A stretch of 64,000 nt of DNA from Rhynchopus sp. YZ270_cl-10 (Eukaryota), in assembly GCA_964035575.1 (NCBI GenBank), contig OZ037835.1:1054001-1118000 (forward strand), given 5' to 3'. The position numbers and the translations under genes were made by a program. Under the pieces are notes generated by a model. That model searched no databases. It worked only from the letters and a program-made list of their open reading frames with translations, and had not been told where the DNA came from. Positions 12,025-24,181 of this stretch are shown here, piece by piece. Within the stretch, counting starts at the first letter, position 1. Each line of letters starts with the position of its first letter.

Positions 12025-12334
12025 TTTTTTTGGCTTCCTTTTGTTGCTCTGTTGTGTGGTGGGGTTGGGGGAGTTGGGGCAACAACGTGCGGGCCACTTC
12101 CGTGGCTCACAACTCACTCATAAGAACACTTGAAGGGAGCACACTTGGGGGAAGGCCCTGAAGGCATGCCACCTCAGCACTGCATTGTCTGAAGTGTTTG
12201 TCGTGGAGAGCCTGTACCCTAAGAAAGCAAGCATTTGGCACAGATGAACACGCTTCTGCGCTTCCCCTACTCCCCTTGGCCTGCAGGCACTGCACTCTAG
12301 ATCCACCTAAACGAACGCATCACGAATAGATAGA

Positions 12335-12486
12335 ACGGATGGGCACCTTGGAGGTTTTCCCAAACCCGCAAATACCCGCAAACTCATTCACCTTGGAGGT
12401 TTGCGGATTTGTGGATTTGTGGATTTGCGGATTTGCGGATTTGCGGATTTGCGGATTTGACGATTTGCGGATGGGCACCTCGGAGG
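12335..12486. repeat. (ATTTGCGG)n 8-bp minisatellite bracketed by a ~19-bp direct repeat
   Basis: CGGATGGGCACCT(T/C)GGAGG at ~12335 and ~12468, with about 9 degenerate 8-mers between them. Confidence 0.7.
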
Positions 12487-14089
12487 ATGCCGCTGACCGA
12501 TACCCGATAGGTAACGTTCGCTCCGTTTATGTCACAATAGGTGTGGCTAAAGGGAGACGCTATTATTGGGGTCTATTTTCTGCTATTTTGGGGGTCGTCG
12601 GCCACACCAACAAAATGAGAGCAACCATCTGACAGAATGCACCCCTTTTTATTGGTTTTTCGGGCATCGAATAGAGGGGCAACACAAACGACGTCAAGCA
12701 ATGTTGTGTTTTTTTTTCTGGCTTTGTCTGGAATGTATTTGAGCTGTGCTTTTTGCGGATTTTGAGGATGGACACAATGGAGATATGGGGGTGAATGGGG
12801 GGGGGGGGGGGGGGAGGGGGGAAGGTGGTAAAAAAAAGGGCGGGGGGGGAGAAATGTAATAAAAGTATCGATCAAAATATCTCCAGACCTGTGGAGGTTG
12901 GTTCTCTTGGTTTTATTTTGGATTCCAAGCAATATGCTAAGGAAATTGAACACCGTACCCCAAACTCCCTTCCTTTTTTCTATTCTGGGCCGACATGTGT
13001 GCGTTTCACCACAACCTCTCGCAAACCCGCAAACACTCTCCCTGTTGTCTTTATTGTTTGCGGGGGGTGGGGAAACAACGAAAAAAGGAAAAGTAGGAGC
13101 GCGGTTTCAATTTCCAAGAAAAGCATTATTGAAAAATTGTGGAGAAAAATGAACGCATGAGAAAATGCTGCAAATGTGTATTCTTGTCCCAAAATGCGTG
13201 AAAAAAGAGGTATTTTGTCAAAAATTCACAAATCACAACAAAATCTTAATGTACACGCTCTGTTGATTCTAAAAACGGGGTGGGGGGTAGAAAATCGTGA
13301 AATGGAAAAAAATGGGGGAGAAGATAAGCCACAAAATGTCATATCCCCGAAAGAGAAAGAAAATAGATGAAATTATTTCATCGAAACTAGATGAAAGAAA
13401 AGTATATCACCATATAAATCAAAAAAAAAAGGAGTTTATAAGAGTCTCCTCCCTGAGCTTGGTACTCTATAAACTACACACACACACGTTAGAGGGTCGG
13501 CAGTGAACCGCCTCTCTGTTTTACACACACACAGTTTCACAGCTATCTTCTGATAGGTGTTGACACCCAGTTGGAGTGCTGAGCAAGCAAAAAAAAAAAG
13601 GGGGGGAAGCTGGCCATTGGGAGTTGCTACTGTGGGGGACCAGGTGTTGTGTGGGTGGGGGGTTAAAATACACAGAACATCTCTTGAGGGTGACAGACCC
13701 ACCTGATTTCAAAAATTGGTGGAGTTTGGTATCTAACACCACCAAAAACACTGCAAAATTAGATTCGTATACTTTCAGTTCACAGAATTGAAAGTATTTG
13801 AGAGGGTCAACACATGCACCCGTTCTTTTCTTTTTTGGTTCCCCACTACAAAATTGTCAGAATCAGGTGGGGTTGACACTCAAAAGGGTTCTTGTGTTTG
13901 AACCCCAGAAATGCACAGACGACAGTCACACAAGAACGCAAAGGGGTGGAAGAAGGTGCCCCTACCAAGGACTGCATCGCAAACAAGTGAAGCACGTCGT
14001 TCCAATGTTCTACAACGTCCTACATGCTGCTTGAGCACATTTCAACAACTGTCCATACCACAGCAACGAACGGCAAAAAAAAGTTTTAA

Positions 14090-15689
14090 CCCTATAAGAG
14101 CCAAGCCATATTTTCAAGCCACTTTTGAGTTTTGGTTTTTGGGGCTCTCCAACCGGTAAAGGGACCCCAGATGCAAATTTTTGATCGTACCTGGCCGCAA
14201 TTGAAAGATTTTGAACACGGCTTTCAATTCCATTTTTTTAAGTTTTTTTTCGAAAAAAAATGGTATCCCCAAAATGAGGTGAGCATAAAATCCACTTTTT
14301 GGTTTTTTACTAATTCGGCCGGCCGAGGAAAAACGCGTAAATTATTTCTGTCCGAAAATGGCGTTATTTGAAAGATTGATCACAAAATCTTTTCAAAGAA
14401 AAAAAAATCGAGCAAAAAGTCCTAGTAGAACCCAACTTATATGAGTGCAGCTCTGTTAGCAGCCATGTCTAAAACTGATTTCCTTAACGATTTACACTGA
14501 AACATGGCTAAAAACGTAAAAAAGGGGCGATTTTTCACAATTTGGGCATCTCCTGTGGTCGAAAGCCCCCAGAATGGGTCGGAACGACCCTGTGACCCGA
14601 AAATCCATGAAAAAAGCACCCCGAAATACGAAAAAACAGTGAAAATTCGGCTTGCTGTGTGCTCTGCATAGGTCGTGTGTGTGGGGTGTTTTTGTGGTTT
14701 TGGTGGCAACTCGCCCCAGCATCCAAATGGCAAACAGATGCACAAAGGTTTTCGATTTTTGCTTATTTTAAAAGATTTGAGTCAAATAGTTTCCCCATAA
14801 ACCAAAGGATTTTTACGAAAACAAGCAGAACCAGTATCAGATCATGATGACCCTTAGCCATAACCATGTCCTTCGGGTCGAAAGGGTGCCTCTTGGGTGG
14901 GTAGCAGTCCACAGATCCAAAGTGCAATCAGATGCGTAAAAGTTTTCGATTTTTGTTTCTTTTGAAAGATTCGTGTCAAAATCTTTGAAATATATAAAAA
15001 TATTTTAACGAAAACGAGTAGAACCTCATACAGAGCATGGGGTGTCATTGAGGAACCAGAATAGGGGGTGCTCGTCCAAAGGGCTTTGAAAAGTGGCACG
15101 ACTCCCCCCAGCATCGAAAGTATTATCCGATGCATAAAAGTTTTCGATTCTTGCTTCTTTTGAAAGATCGGTGCAAATTCTTTCCACATAAAAAAAGTGT
15201 TTTTACGAAAATGAGTAGACCCTATGTCAGAGCACGTTGTCCTACAGATTTTAGAATGTGGGGGGGTCACAGGGGTGCCCACACCCCCACCCCGCCTCCC
15301 CCCAGCATCGAAAGTAATATCCGATGCATAAAAGTTTTCGATTCTTGCTTCTTTTGAAAGATCGGCGAAAAATCTTTCGAAATATATAAAAATATGTGTT
15401 CACAAAAATGGGTAGAACCCGACTAAGGGCTTGTAGGCATTGGGTATCGCGAAAGGTACATATTTGGGGTGTGGGTGAAAAAACGTCACTTTTGGTGAAA
15501 GTAGCACCCCAGCCCCCAGCACCGAAACTAATATCAGATGCACAAAAGTTTTCGACTCTTGCTTCTTTTGAAAGATCGGTGCAAATTCTTTCCACATAAA
15601 AAAAATGTTTTTACGAAAATGAGTTGAACCTGTCTAACAGCATGGCGTCATTTCGAAAGCCATTAAAGTGGCTCTTGGCTCTTATAGGG
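14090..15689. mobile_element. Non-autonomous piggyBac-like DNA transposon
   Basis: TTAA|CCCTATAAGAGCCAAG at 14086-14105 and CTTGGCTCTTATAGGG|TTAA at 15674-15693 (16-bp TIR, TTAA TSD). No transposase ORF. Five internal ~200-bp repeats at 14735-15640. Confidence 0.85.
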
Positions 15690-16229
15690 TTAAAAAAAAA
15701 TGTTGGGTTTGTTTGTGCGCTCAAAGCCGGGAAAACAAAAAGAAGAAAAAAAAATATGTTTTTTTCAATCCGGTTTGTTTGCCCACGCTGCTTCTAATCT
15801 CTTTAGAGTTGACAACAAGTTGTTTTATCAAAAAACACAAATAAAGATTGGGTAATATGAGGCACAGCCCTTACATAAAATACGTTCAGGGCAAACTAAC
15901 TTACTTTTCTGCGTGAGTGTCCCAAGGGTTGCAGAAACCAAGGCAGGCGGGACACGCACGCAGAAAAAAAAAGTTACCCTGCCCTAAACCATACATGAGC
16001 AATTCACAAAACAGAAGCCACAAAACAGGTGTACAAATAAAACCTATACACGGCAAAACACTTTCATGGATGGCGACGTTTAACTGAATCAAAATGAAAC
16101 ACTGCAGCAGGGAGCATAGGGAGCAACGGCACGGGGCTCTAAGTAACGGGGAGAGAGCGTGAGGCAGGGAACCTCTTCACTGGGGGGGGGTAGCTGTGCA
16201 TGTGGTCTTCCTTGTCGTTCCTGACTGCT

Positions 16230-18332
16230 TCACTGTGCCTTAGGGAAGGGCCCGTGGTTGGGCTGCACAATCGTCCACTCGTCGAAGAGGCTTTGGTTCG
16301 AGTTGAGGAACTGTCTGAAGGTGAGGTGCGTGCGGTTTGTGGCAGAGATACGTCCGTAGCCGAACTCGGTTGTCTGCTTGCGTGTGGCGGGGATCGAGCC
16401 GCAGTCGGGGCCAGGGCAGCTTTCGTTGAACGTGTCGATGCCGGGGGGGCCACCATTGCCTGAAGTGATGTGCACGGTGACGTTCGGGCTATCGAAGTTC
16501 TTCTGAAGAGGCTCGGCGCACGACCTGCAGCTTGCGTTGCCAGGTGCCGCAGGGAAGAGAGACTCGTAGTAGTGCCAGTGTCCACCGGCGTACAGGTCGA
16601 CGCCGTACTCCTGCAGAACAGGCTGGTAGTCGACCACCATGTCCGCCGTGCTCTTCTTGTACCCCTTCTCGTGCAGGCGCTTCAGGCCCTCGGGTGACTT
16701 GCCCCATGCAGTCGCTGCTGTCTTGTTTGCGTTCCCGTACAGCTCGGCCGCAGCAGACTCGTAGTAATCAGACTTACTGTTGCACCCAGTGCAGTACAAT
16801 GGGAAGTGAGAGAAGGCAACGACCCACGGCACAGCGTCACGGTTCTTGTTCGCCTTCGCCAGGTCGTCCTTGAGCCACGCCATCTGCGCATCAAGGCAGG
16901 TCTGCCCACATGCGTCCACACCGAAGTATGCGTTCATGTCCAGTGCCACAAGGTGCACAAGGCCAAAGTCCACACTGAAGTACCTGCTGGTGTTCGACGG
17001 ATGGCTTCCGTGCACACCTGCGCTGTGATGGTTCCCGGCAGACAGCAGGTAGCCCAGAGCGGACGTGGCTGTCGACGCACCCTTCAGCTCCTCTGCTGCT
17101 GGGAGGGAGGGCAGGGGACCCCACTTCTCCCACGTCTGGTCAAGGTAGCGGGACAGCTCCAGGCCGTCGTAGTACTCGTGGTTGCCCACGTTCGGCATCC
17201 ACGGGCACTCGGCAAGCACAGGCTGGAAGCCGTTCATGTAGCCGTCACCACGACGCTCGTCCGCCTCCCCCTCGTTGTACGCATGGTCACCCATGTGCAC
17301 AATGAGGGTCGCACTGTCGTCGCGGCAGTCCTGCTGCAGCCACTCCATGTTGTTCCACTTGTAGATCCCCATGTCCCCGTAGATGTTCACGTGTGTTGCC
17401 TCCCCCGCAGCAGGGTGCGGTGCAGTGAAGGTGTGCACAGCGCTGTCTGTCGCACCTGCCGCACCACTGCGCACAGTGTACGAACACTTCTCCCGCAGCG
17501 TCAGGCCCGTCACCAGCACAAAGTGCATGTAGTACGTCCGGTCCTTCGCCGGGGTGATGTGGGTGTGCGTCACGCCTGTGAACGTCTTCCCGTTCAACTT
17601 CGCTGTGGGCGGGCCCGCAGGTGCCTCAGCCTCAAACGTCACAAACGCAAGCACAACAGACCCGTTCGCTGCAACCTGTATGTTGATCTGCTCAGGAACA
17701 CCGAGGGCAGATGTGCAGTACCCCCACGTCTCCCCTGCGTGTGTCGGTGCAGGCGGGACAGGCTGCGCACCGTTGTGGTACGTCGTGTACGCAGTCTGTG
17801 CTGTGTCCAGCTTGCACCACTCGGCAAAGTGGCACATCCCCTGCGCCGTGTTGAAGCTCACAAAGTCGCAGTTCGTCAGGTTGTACGCACACAGGTCCTG
17901 GCACTGCGACAGCGTCACCACCTGTTTGTAGTACAGCACGTTGTTCACAGCACCACTCGTCCCGTACGCAAAGCCCTGCGGCGCTGTCTCCCCAAACTGC
18001 TTCTGCTCCACCTCACAGAGGCCACTGCCCAGGCTGTCCCAGCTGGGCGGCACCACGTCCGAGGTGTTCTGCACCACCACTGCGCTGGGCTTGCAGTAGC
18101 ACCACGCCCCTTGCACGTAGGTGTTCACAACCGCACCCGGCTGTGCACAGTGGTTCCCAGCCTCGGCAGGCACGACACCTGCCTTCCAGAGTGTGGTTGC
18201 GTGCTGATCCCAGTTGTCGCAGCCGTGTGCACACGTTGCTGGTGCCACCTTCAAGTCTTCAATCACGTCAATCATGTTCCCTGCAGCTGTGCAGCACATC
18301 GCCAGCACCACTGCGGTAGCAAGGGTGCGCAT
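16230..18332 (-). CDS. Secreted purple acid phosphatase (metallophosphoesterase) with N-terminal Cys-rich/PAN-Apple-like modules
   Basis: All PAP metal motifs appear in order: GDMG, GDHAY, GNHE, FSHFP, GHWH. FN3-like PEQI...HFVLVTGL region; signal peptide MRTLATAVVLAMCCTAAG; CQDLC...CDFVSFN...CHF PAN-like motif. Confidence 0.9.
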   Translation of the reverse strand: MRTLATAVVLAMCCTAAGNMIDVIEDLKVAPATCAHGCDNWDQHATTLWKAGVVPAEAGNHCAQPGAVVNTYVQGAWCYCKPSAVVVQNTSDVVPPSWDSLGSGLCEVEQKQFGETAPQGFAYGTSGAVNNVLYYKQVVTLSQCQDLCAYNLTNCDFVSFNTAQGMCHFAEWCKLDTAQTAYTTYHNGAQPVPPAPTHAGETWGYCTSALGVPEQINIQVAANGSVVLAFVTFEAEAPAGPPTAKLNGKTFTGVTHTHITPAKDRTYYMHFVLVTGLTLREKCSYTVRSGAAGATDSAVHTFTAPHPAAGEATHVNIYGDMGIYKWNNMEWLQQDCRDDSATLIVHMGDHAYNEGEADERRGDGYMNGFQPVLAECPWMPNVGNHEYYDGLELSRYLDQTWEKWGPLPSLPAAEELKGASTATSALGYLLSAGNHHSAGVHGSHPSNTSRYFSVDFGLVHLVALDMNAYFGVDACGQTCLDAQMAWLKDDLAKANKNRDAVPWVVAFSHFPLYCTGCNSKSDYYESAAAELYGNANKTAATAWGKSPEGLKRLHEKGYKKSTADMVVDYQPVLQEYGVDLYAGGHWHYYESLFPAAPGNASCRSCAEPLQKNFDSPNVTVHITSGNGGPPGIDTFNESCPGPDCGSIPATRKQTTEFGYGRISATNRTHLTFRQFLNSNQSLFDEWTIVQPNHGPFPKAQ

Positions 18333-18509
18333 CTTGCAGAAGCTTGTCTTGTTGTCTTGTTGTCCTGTGGTTCGTGGTTGAGGTGTGGTGTGGTGGGTGT
18401 AGGTATGTAAGAGAACGGTGCAAATGGAGGCTAGAGAAGGCAGGCCCGGTGCTCGTGGCTTTGCATATAATATGTGTAATAGAAAAGGGAAGGGAGTAGG
18501 GGTACGGTG

Positions 18510-19020
18510 TTCCATTTCCTTTTAGCATCGCATGTCACAACCACCGACTGCAAGCATTCTGACGAACAGATGCAATTGGCACCGGTGGTTAATTGTAATA
18601 AAGCATAAAACAAAGGCTAAACACCTCATCACATTAGGAGAGCAAGTATAGTAGCCATCTTCAATAGTGAATTGGTGCAAATTGAAACCGCACTCCAACT
18701 TTTCCTTCTTATGTTTCCCCCCCCACCCCCGCAAACAATAAAGCAATAAAAACAATAAAGACAAAAAGGAAGAAGTTATGGTGAAACGTACACACGGTGG
18801 CCGTTCGCCGAAGCCAGACTTGGCTCATCCCTCCAAAAAATAAAATGTTTCGCACTCCATCAGAAAACAGACAACCACCGAGCAAGCATTCTGACGAACA
18901 GATGCAATTGGCACCGATGGCTAATTGTAATAAAACATAAAACAAAGGTTAAGCACCTCGTCACATTAGAAAGGGCACGTCTAGTAGCCTTCTCCAATAA
19001 TGGCGAATTGGTGCAAACAA
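18510..19020. repeat. Local ~140-bp direct duplication
   Basis: CAAGCATTCTGACGAACAGATGCAATTGGCACCG... at ~18551 and ~18883. Confidence 0.7.
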
Positions 19021-19244
19021 AAAAGCAACAACAACACAAACAGGGGGGAGCCCAGAAAGGGTTAGCGTAGGTGTATCTCTGCTCCGTTGCCCCTCTTTTG
19101 TACAATAAAAAAAGATGGTTTACACAAAACAACACAACCATAATAGGTGTTAAAGAGACCTTGCTTCTTAGCGCCTTGAGGACAAGGTGGACGTCGTCCT
19201 GCAGGGCCTCTGATGCATGCTGCAGGTGGCTCGCACCGTCGCGC

Positions 19245-21611
19245 TCATGAAGTTCTTGTTCCCAAGGAGCTCTGGGCGGAGGGGTGGTGCGTCGTTACCC
19301 GTAGGGTGCTCGAGAAGGCCTTCGGCGGGGCGGAAGCGTCACGCACCTCCTGCGATGCGTACTGCATGGCGTCTGGGTTCTGCCGCACTGCAGACGAGAA
19401 GAACGCACGGTCGGACAGCACTGCAGGCCCAGCGTACGTCAGACACTGCACATCCCTCCTGGCAAGAGGCCCTACAATGGACACATCATTCCGCACTTCG
19501 GGGTTTGCGTACTGAAGTGCCTGCGGGTGTGCAGGCAGAACACTGTGCACGATGTCGGTCTTATGGAGAAGTGCTCTGTCTGCGTACTGCAGAGAGTCCC
19601 ACTTCTGTGCCACGGCAGCACGCACAATGTCGATGTTGTTTTGCAGCTCGCTGGAGGCATACTGCAGGGAATGGCCATCGGTGGTGACCGCAAGGAGGAC
19701 AAGGCTGTGGTCGTTCTGCAGGCGAGGGGATGCGAACAGCAGAGCAGAGTTGCCCCACCCTTCGTCGGACGTTGTGACAGCAGCCTCGACCACGGCTCTG
19801 TCGTCGCGCAGGTCGGCAGAGGCATACTGAAGGTACGACCCGTCACCGCGCACACAGCTCAGAACAACGTCGCGGTCCGCCTGAAGCCGCTTGGAGACAA
19901 ACGAGATGACATGTGGTGTAGCAATAGAAAGAATAAACGCCTTGTCGTCGAGCAGATGCGTCCCAAGGAAGTGGAGACTACTCGTGGTCGTACAACCACG
20001 ACCGTTCCTGTTGGCCCAACTCATACGCCTCGATGCCTGTCTCGCAAGCGTCTCGCATTTCCGCAAACGTGGGCTCGCGTACAAAAACCCTTCGCATGAG
20101 TGCTGTACAGCGGCCAACACAATGTCGTAAGTATCCTGCAGTGCGGGTGATGCGTACTGCAGGTCAGAGCCCTGCGTCGACACCGCTGTCTTCACAAACT
20201 CGAAGTCGTCCCGCAGTGCCGGTGGTGCAAACGCAAGGTCGTTGTGCCGTGCTGCTGCTGCACGGCACAGCTCTGTGTCGCTATGCAGCGTGGCAGAAGC
20301 ATCACAGAGGTTTGCGCCCTTCTGCACTGCGAACAGCACAAACGCGTGGTTGCACCGCAACGTGGCGCTGCAGCTACAGAAGAGGCCAGCCGACCCCTCG
20401 ATAGCCAACCTCGCGACGTCTTCATCGTCTTGCCACTGATGCTTCAGGTGACGAAAGATGTGCGCATTTTTGCGTACGGCAGACACAATGAAACCTTTGT
20501 CCTGGCACAGAGTCTTACCATAATACTGTGCAACGTCTGGGCATTCAATACTGCACTGCAGAGCAAGCTCAGGATCGTCGCGGATACTGTTGCAGGCGTA
20601 GCGGAAGTCACTCTTGTGGTGGGCTATCGCCGCCATCACGACGACTCTGTCCGACTGCAAGGACTTATCCACGTAACGAAGATTTGCACAGATTTTACCC
20701 ATGCACGAGATAACAAATCTTTTGTCCTTCTTCAGGTCTTCGGACGCATACACCAGCGACCCTGCCGTGGCCACCACGAATTCGTCACCTTTCAGTTCGT
20801 CGGAGAAGACACAAAGGGTGTCGTGCCGCATGCGCACACATCGTATGGCAAGCCCACGGTCTGCACGAAGTGCTTCTGGCAGCCATGTGGGCTCCCAGGC
20901 ACCACCTACCACTGCGGCAGTGAAGATCTCGTGGTCCGCACGCACCTCCTCTGCAGCATACTGGATGGCAGAAGCGGAGCACTGCACACTGGCCAGCACG
21001 ATCACCGGGCACTTCTTCAGCTCGTCGCTCGCGTACCTAAGCATCTCCCCGTCGCGCTTCACACACTCCAACACCGTATCACGATCCGATCGGAGGTCCT
21101 CACAGCAAGCCCACGATAGACACATGCCATCCGTTGCACTGAGCACCGCCACACGGAAGTCTTTGTCGTGCCATGCGGATGGGTGCGCAGTTTCGAAGAT
21201 ATGCGGTGACGATGCGACGTGCTCAACAATGGTTGGGTGGGTTTGCACTTCGAGGGGGAGGTGTCGGAACTCTGCTTTGTCACACTGCAGGGCAGCTAAG
21301 GCGCAGGGGATGTCTCTTTGCACGCTGTCTGGCAGGTCTGTGTAGCTTCGTGTTCCGTTGCGGATGTGTTCCACGAAGACATCCATAGACACCACAACAT
21401 CGACAACAGCAGCATACGCCAAGCAGCTTGCAGCAGACACAAGCTCCTCATCGTCTCCAATGCTGACCCCGTCCACATGCAGCGCCACATGCTCCACGTC
21501 ACACCCAAACTCCTGCGCAGCGTTCTCGCGGAGCTTCCCAATGGTATCACACTCACCCACCTCAACACCCACCTCCTCTGACGTCAACGCATAGCGTAGG
21601 AACATCTCCAT
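19245..21611 (-). CDS. DUF4116-like helical repeat protein with a probable N-terminal ubiquitin-like domain
   Basis: 788-aa ORF with many repeats of the type L(R/Q)xDxxVVxxAVxxxGxxLxYAS. The N-terminus VEVGECDTIGKLRENAAQEF...LHVDG resembles a UBL fold. Confidence 0.85.
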   Translation of the reverse strand: MEMFLRYALTSEEVGVEVGECDTIGKLRENAAQEFGCDVEHVALHVDGVSIGDDEELVSAASCLAYAAVVDVVVSMDVFVEHIRNGTRSYTDLPDSVQRDIPCALAALQCDKAEFRHLPLEVQTHPTIVEHVASSPHIFETAHPSAWHDKDFRVAVLSATDGMCLSWACCEDLRSDRDTVLECVKRDGEMLRYASDELKKCPVIVLASVQCSASAIQYAAEEVRADHEIFTAAVVGGAWEPTWLPEALRADRGLAIRCVRMRHDTLCVFSDELKGDEFVVATAGSLVYASEDLKKDKRFVISCMGKICANLRYVDKSLQSDRVVVMAAIAHHKSDFRYACNSIRDDPELALQCSIECPDVAQYYGKTLCQDKGFIVSAVRKNAHIFRHLKHQWQDDEDVARLAIEGSAGLFCSCSATLRCNHAFVLFAVQKGANLCDASATLHSDTELCRAAAARHNDLAFAPPALRDDFEFVKTAVSTQGSDLQYASPALQDTYDIVLAAVQHSCEGFLYASPRLRKCETLARQASRRMSWANRNGRGCTTTSSLHFLGTHLLDDKAFILSIATPHVISFVSKRLQADRDVVLSCVRGDGSYLQYASADLRDDRAVVEAAVTTSDEGWGNSALLFASPRLQNDHSLVLLAVTTDGHSLQYASSELQNNIDIVRAAVAQKWDSLQYADRALLHKTDIVHSVLPAHPQALQYANPEVRNDVSIVGPLARRDVQCLTYAGPAVLSDRAFFSSAVRQNPDAMQYASQEVRDASAPPKAFSSTLRVTTHHPSAQSSLGTRTS

Positions 21612-22235
21612 CGTGTAGGGTAGATCTGTGTGGAGTAGGGGGGTGGGGTGGGGTGGGCATCAAGGAGGTGATGAGAGGGTTGTGTGTTGTCGTAGATTTT
21701 TCAGATAAAAGGTGAAGTTGTTGATGCAGGCACCTCCGACTGAGCCACGTACGATGCCAGCCCCGGATGAAAGTGAAAGTACCCTGCAGCAGAAGGTGTA
21801 AAGAAACCTTATAGTTTGCCCGTACCGGAAGTGAAAGAGGGTGGTACATAACCGCTTGTCAGCCGGTGGCTCAGCCTCCGCGGAAGAGTTGTGAGCGTCC
21901 AGGTACTTTCGTTCGCTTGACCCAACTCTTAGTGAAGCAATAGTAGAGAAAAGAGAGCAAAGGGGGGAGCTCTCTCTCTCTCTTGGCGTCCCATGCTGTA
22001 GCGACAGTTGGGCAAAACTGAGGGGGAAACACAAGTGTGTCGTGTGTAAGAGAGGGGAGGGATGTTCTGTTAAAAGGGGCCGTTTGTTGTTTTGTTTTGA
22101 TGACTCTTTGGCTTTGCTGTTCCTCACACGTACTTACCCAAACACCCCACCTCCCCTCCCCAAACAAAACCCTTCTTCAGGAAAAGAAATCGAAACAAAG
22201 AATGCGTGAATCCCCCAATGTCGTACCCACCCCGA

Positions 22236-22622
22236 CCCTATTCCCCTATTCCCCTATTCCCCTATTCCCCTATTCCCCTATTCCCCTATTCCCCTATTCC
22301 CCTATTCCCCTATTCCCCTATTCCCCTATTCCCCTATTCCCCTATTCCCCTATTCCCCTATTCCCCTATTCCCCTATTCCCCTATTCCCCTATTCCCCTA
22401 TTCCCCTATTCCCCTATTCCCCTATTCCCCTATTCCCCTATTCCCCTATTCCCCTATTCCCCTATTCCCCTATTCCCCTATTCCCCTATTCCCCTATTCC
22501 CCTATTCCCCTATTCCCCTATTCCCCTATTCCCCTATTCCCCTATTCCCCTATTCCCCTATTCCCCTATTCCCCTATTCCCCTATTCCCCTATTCCCCTA
22601 TTCCCCTATTCCCCTATTCCCC
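22236..22622. repeat. (TATTCCCC)n microsatellite, ~48 copies
   Basis: Perfect 8-bp tandem repeat about 150 bp downstream of the stop codon of the unit 1 gene. Confidence 0.95.
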
Positions 22623-22770
22623 CTTCTCGTGGCAAGACCGACAAACGAGAGCAAAAACGTAACAACAGTTCACAGAAGCTTCGGACCATGGTACTGCGGG
22701 TTGCCTCTGACGCATCGATGCAGATGCGGCTGACTGTGCTCTTGCCGGTTGCAAACGCACCGGCCTTCTA

Positions 22771-24181
22771 TCATTCTGAGCCTCTCCGTCGCTTGCGGCA
22801 CTGCTCGGGAGATTCGTCTCTGCTACGTTTCGGACGTGCATCAACAAGCTCCTTCAGGTTGCTTTCCTGTACTCGACTCGACACAGGGCTGCTGCAGCCG
22901 GAGAGGTGGATGCTCTTCAACGAAGTGTACTGGTCAGCAGGTAGTGGACCCATGTGCATGACGATCCCGAGTGGGGACAAGTCTAGTTCTGTGAGGCTGC
23001 TGCAGTTGGCAAGAAAGTCATCACCGATGTTATCAACCATGCACAGCGGCGTCAAGTTTAGTTCCATGAGGCTGGTGCAGTCGTTGAGAAAGCAGTCTCC
23101 TATTTGCGCAACATTTTCGAGTGGCGACAAGTCAAGCACTGTGAGGCCGCTGCAGCCGCCAAGAAAATATTCCCCTATTTCTGTAACATTGCTGAGTGGT
23201 GACAGGTCTAGCGCTGTTAGGCTCTCGCAGCCGTCAAGAAAATTTGCATCTATGTGTGTAACATTGCTGAGTGGTGTCAAGTCTAGTTCTGTGAGGCTGG
23301 TGCAGTCCGCAAGAAACCAATGATCGATGTCTGCAACATTGCTAAGTGGGGCCAAGTTTAGTTCTCTAAGGCCCCAGCAGTTGGCAAGAAAGCATTTACG
23401 TAGTTGTGTAAGATTGGCGAGCGATGTCAAGTCTAGTTCTGTGAGGCCGCTGCAGCCGAAAAGAAAGAAACAACGAACTATCGTAACCTTGCTGAGTGGT
23501 GCCAAGTTCAGCACTGTGAGGTTGTTGCAGCCGTTAAGAAAGCAGTCGCCAATGTCTGTGACATTGCTGAGTGGTGACAGGTCTAGCGTTGTGAGGCTGG
23601 TGCAGTACGTAAGAAACTTATCGGCTACTTGTGTAATCCTGCTGAGTGGCGACAGGTCTAATACTGTGAGGCCTGTGCAGCTGGTTAGAAAGTTCTCGCC
23701 AATCCGCGTCACATTGCACAACCCAGAGAGGTTGATACTTGTCAACGTTGAACACCCACCAAGAAAATAGTCACCTATTTCCGTCACACACAAAACAGCA
23801 CTCAGATCAAGTGTTGTTAACGTTGTTTCTCGCAAGAAGCCGTGCGGAATGACAGTCGCAACCTCCGCCTGCAGAAGCAAACACGCCACCTCAGGATCCT
23901 CCACACTCTCCAACCTCTCGGCGGTCAGGTCTGTCTCACCCAACGCATGAAGCTCTGCAATGGCTTGGTACTTCTGCGTCTTCTTCAGGATGATTGTGTC
24001 ACCAGCACTCAGCTGCGCGATGTCCTCTCCTTCCTCCTTCCCTCCGAATCCCATGTGGAAGCTGTCCTCAGCCAACCCTGCTGCAGTCGCCACCTTCTGC
24101 TGCATCGTCTCCGTTGTGTCATCCACACCCACCCTCGATCACGTACAAGTTGTCTGCACAGTCCTTTATGATCAGTTCCAT
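22771..24181 (-). pseudogene. UBL + LRR paralogue 3 (unit 1) with a +1 frameshift near the start
   Basis: Colinear with 25290-26699 but one nucleotide longer: an extra C at ~24133 (CACCCACCCTCG vs CACCCACCTCG). This may be a sequencing error in a homopolymer. Confidence 0.75.

Noticed and set aside
16806..18410. 534-aa plus-strand ORF and similar antisense ORFs
   Set aside because: Shadow ORFs opposite GC-rich genes that have clear motifs.
22236..22622. Interstitial telomere
   Set aside because: The unit is not TTAGGG, and it occupies a fixed position in each gene unit.
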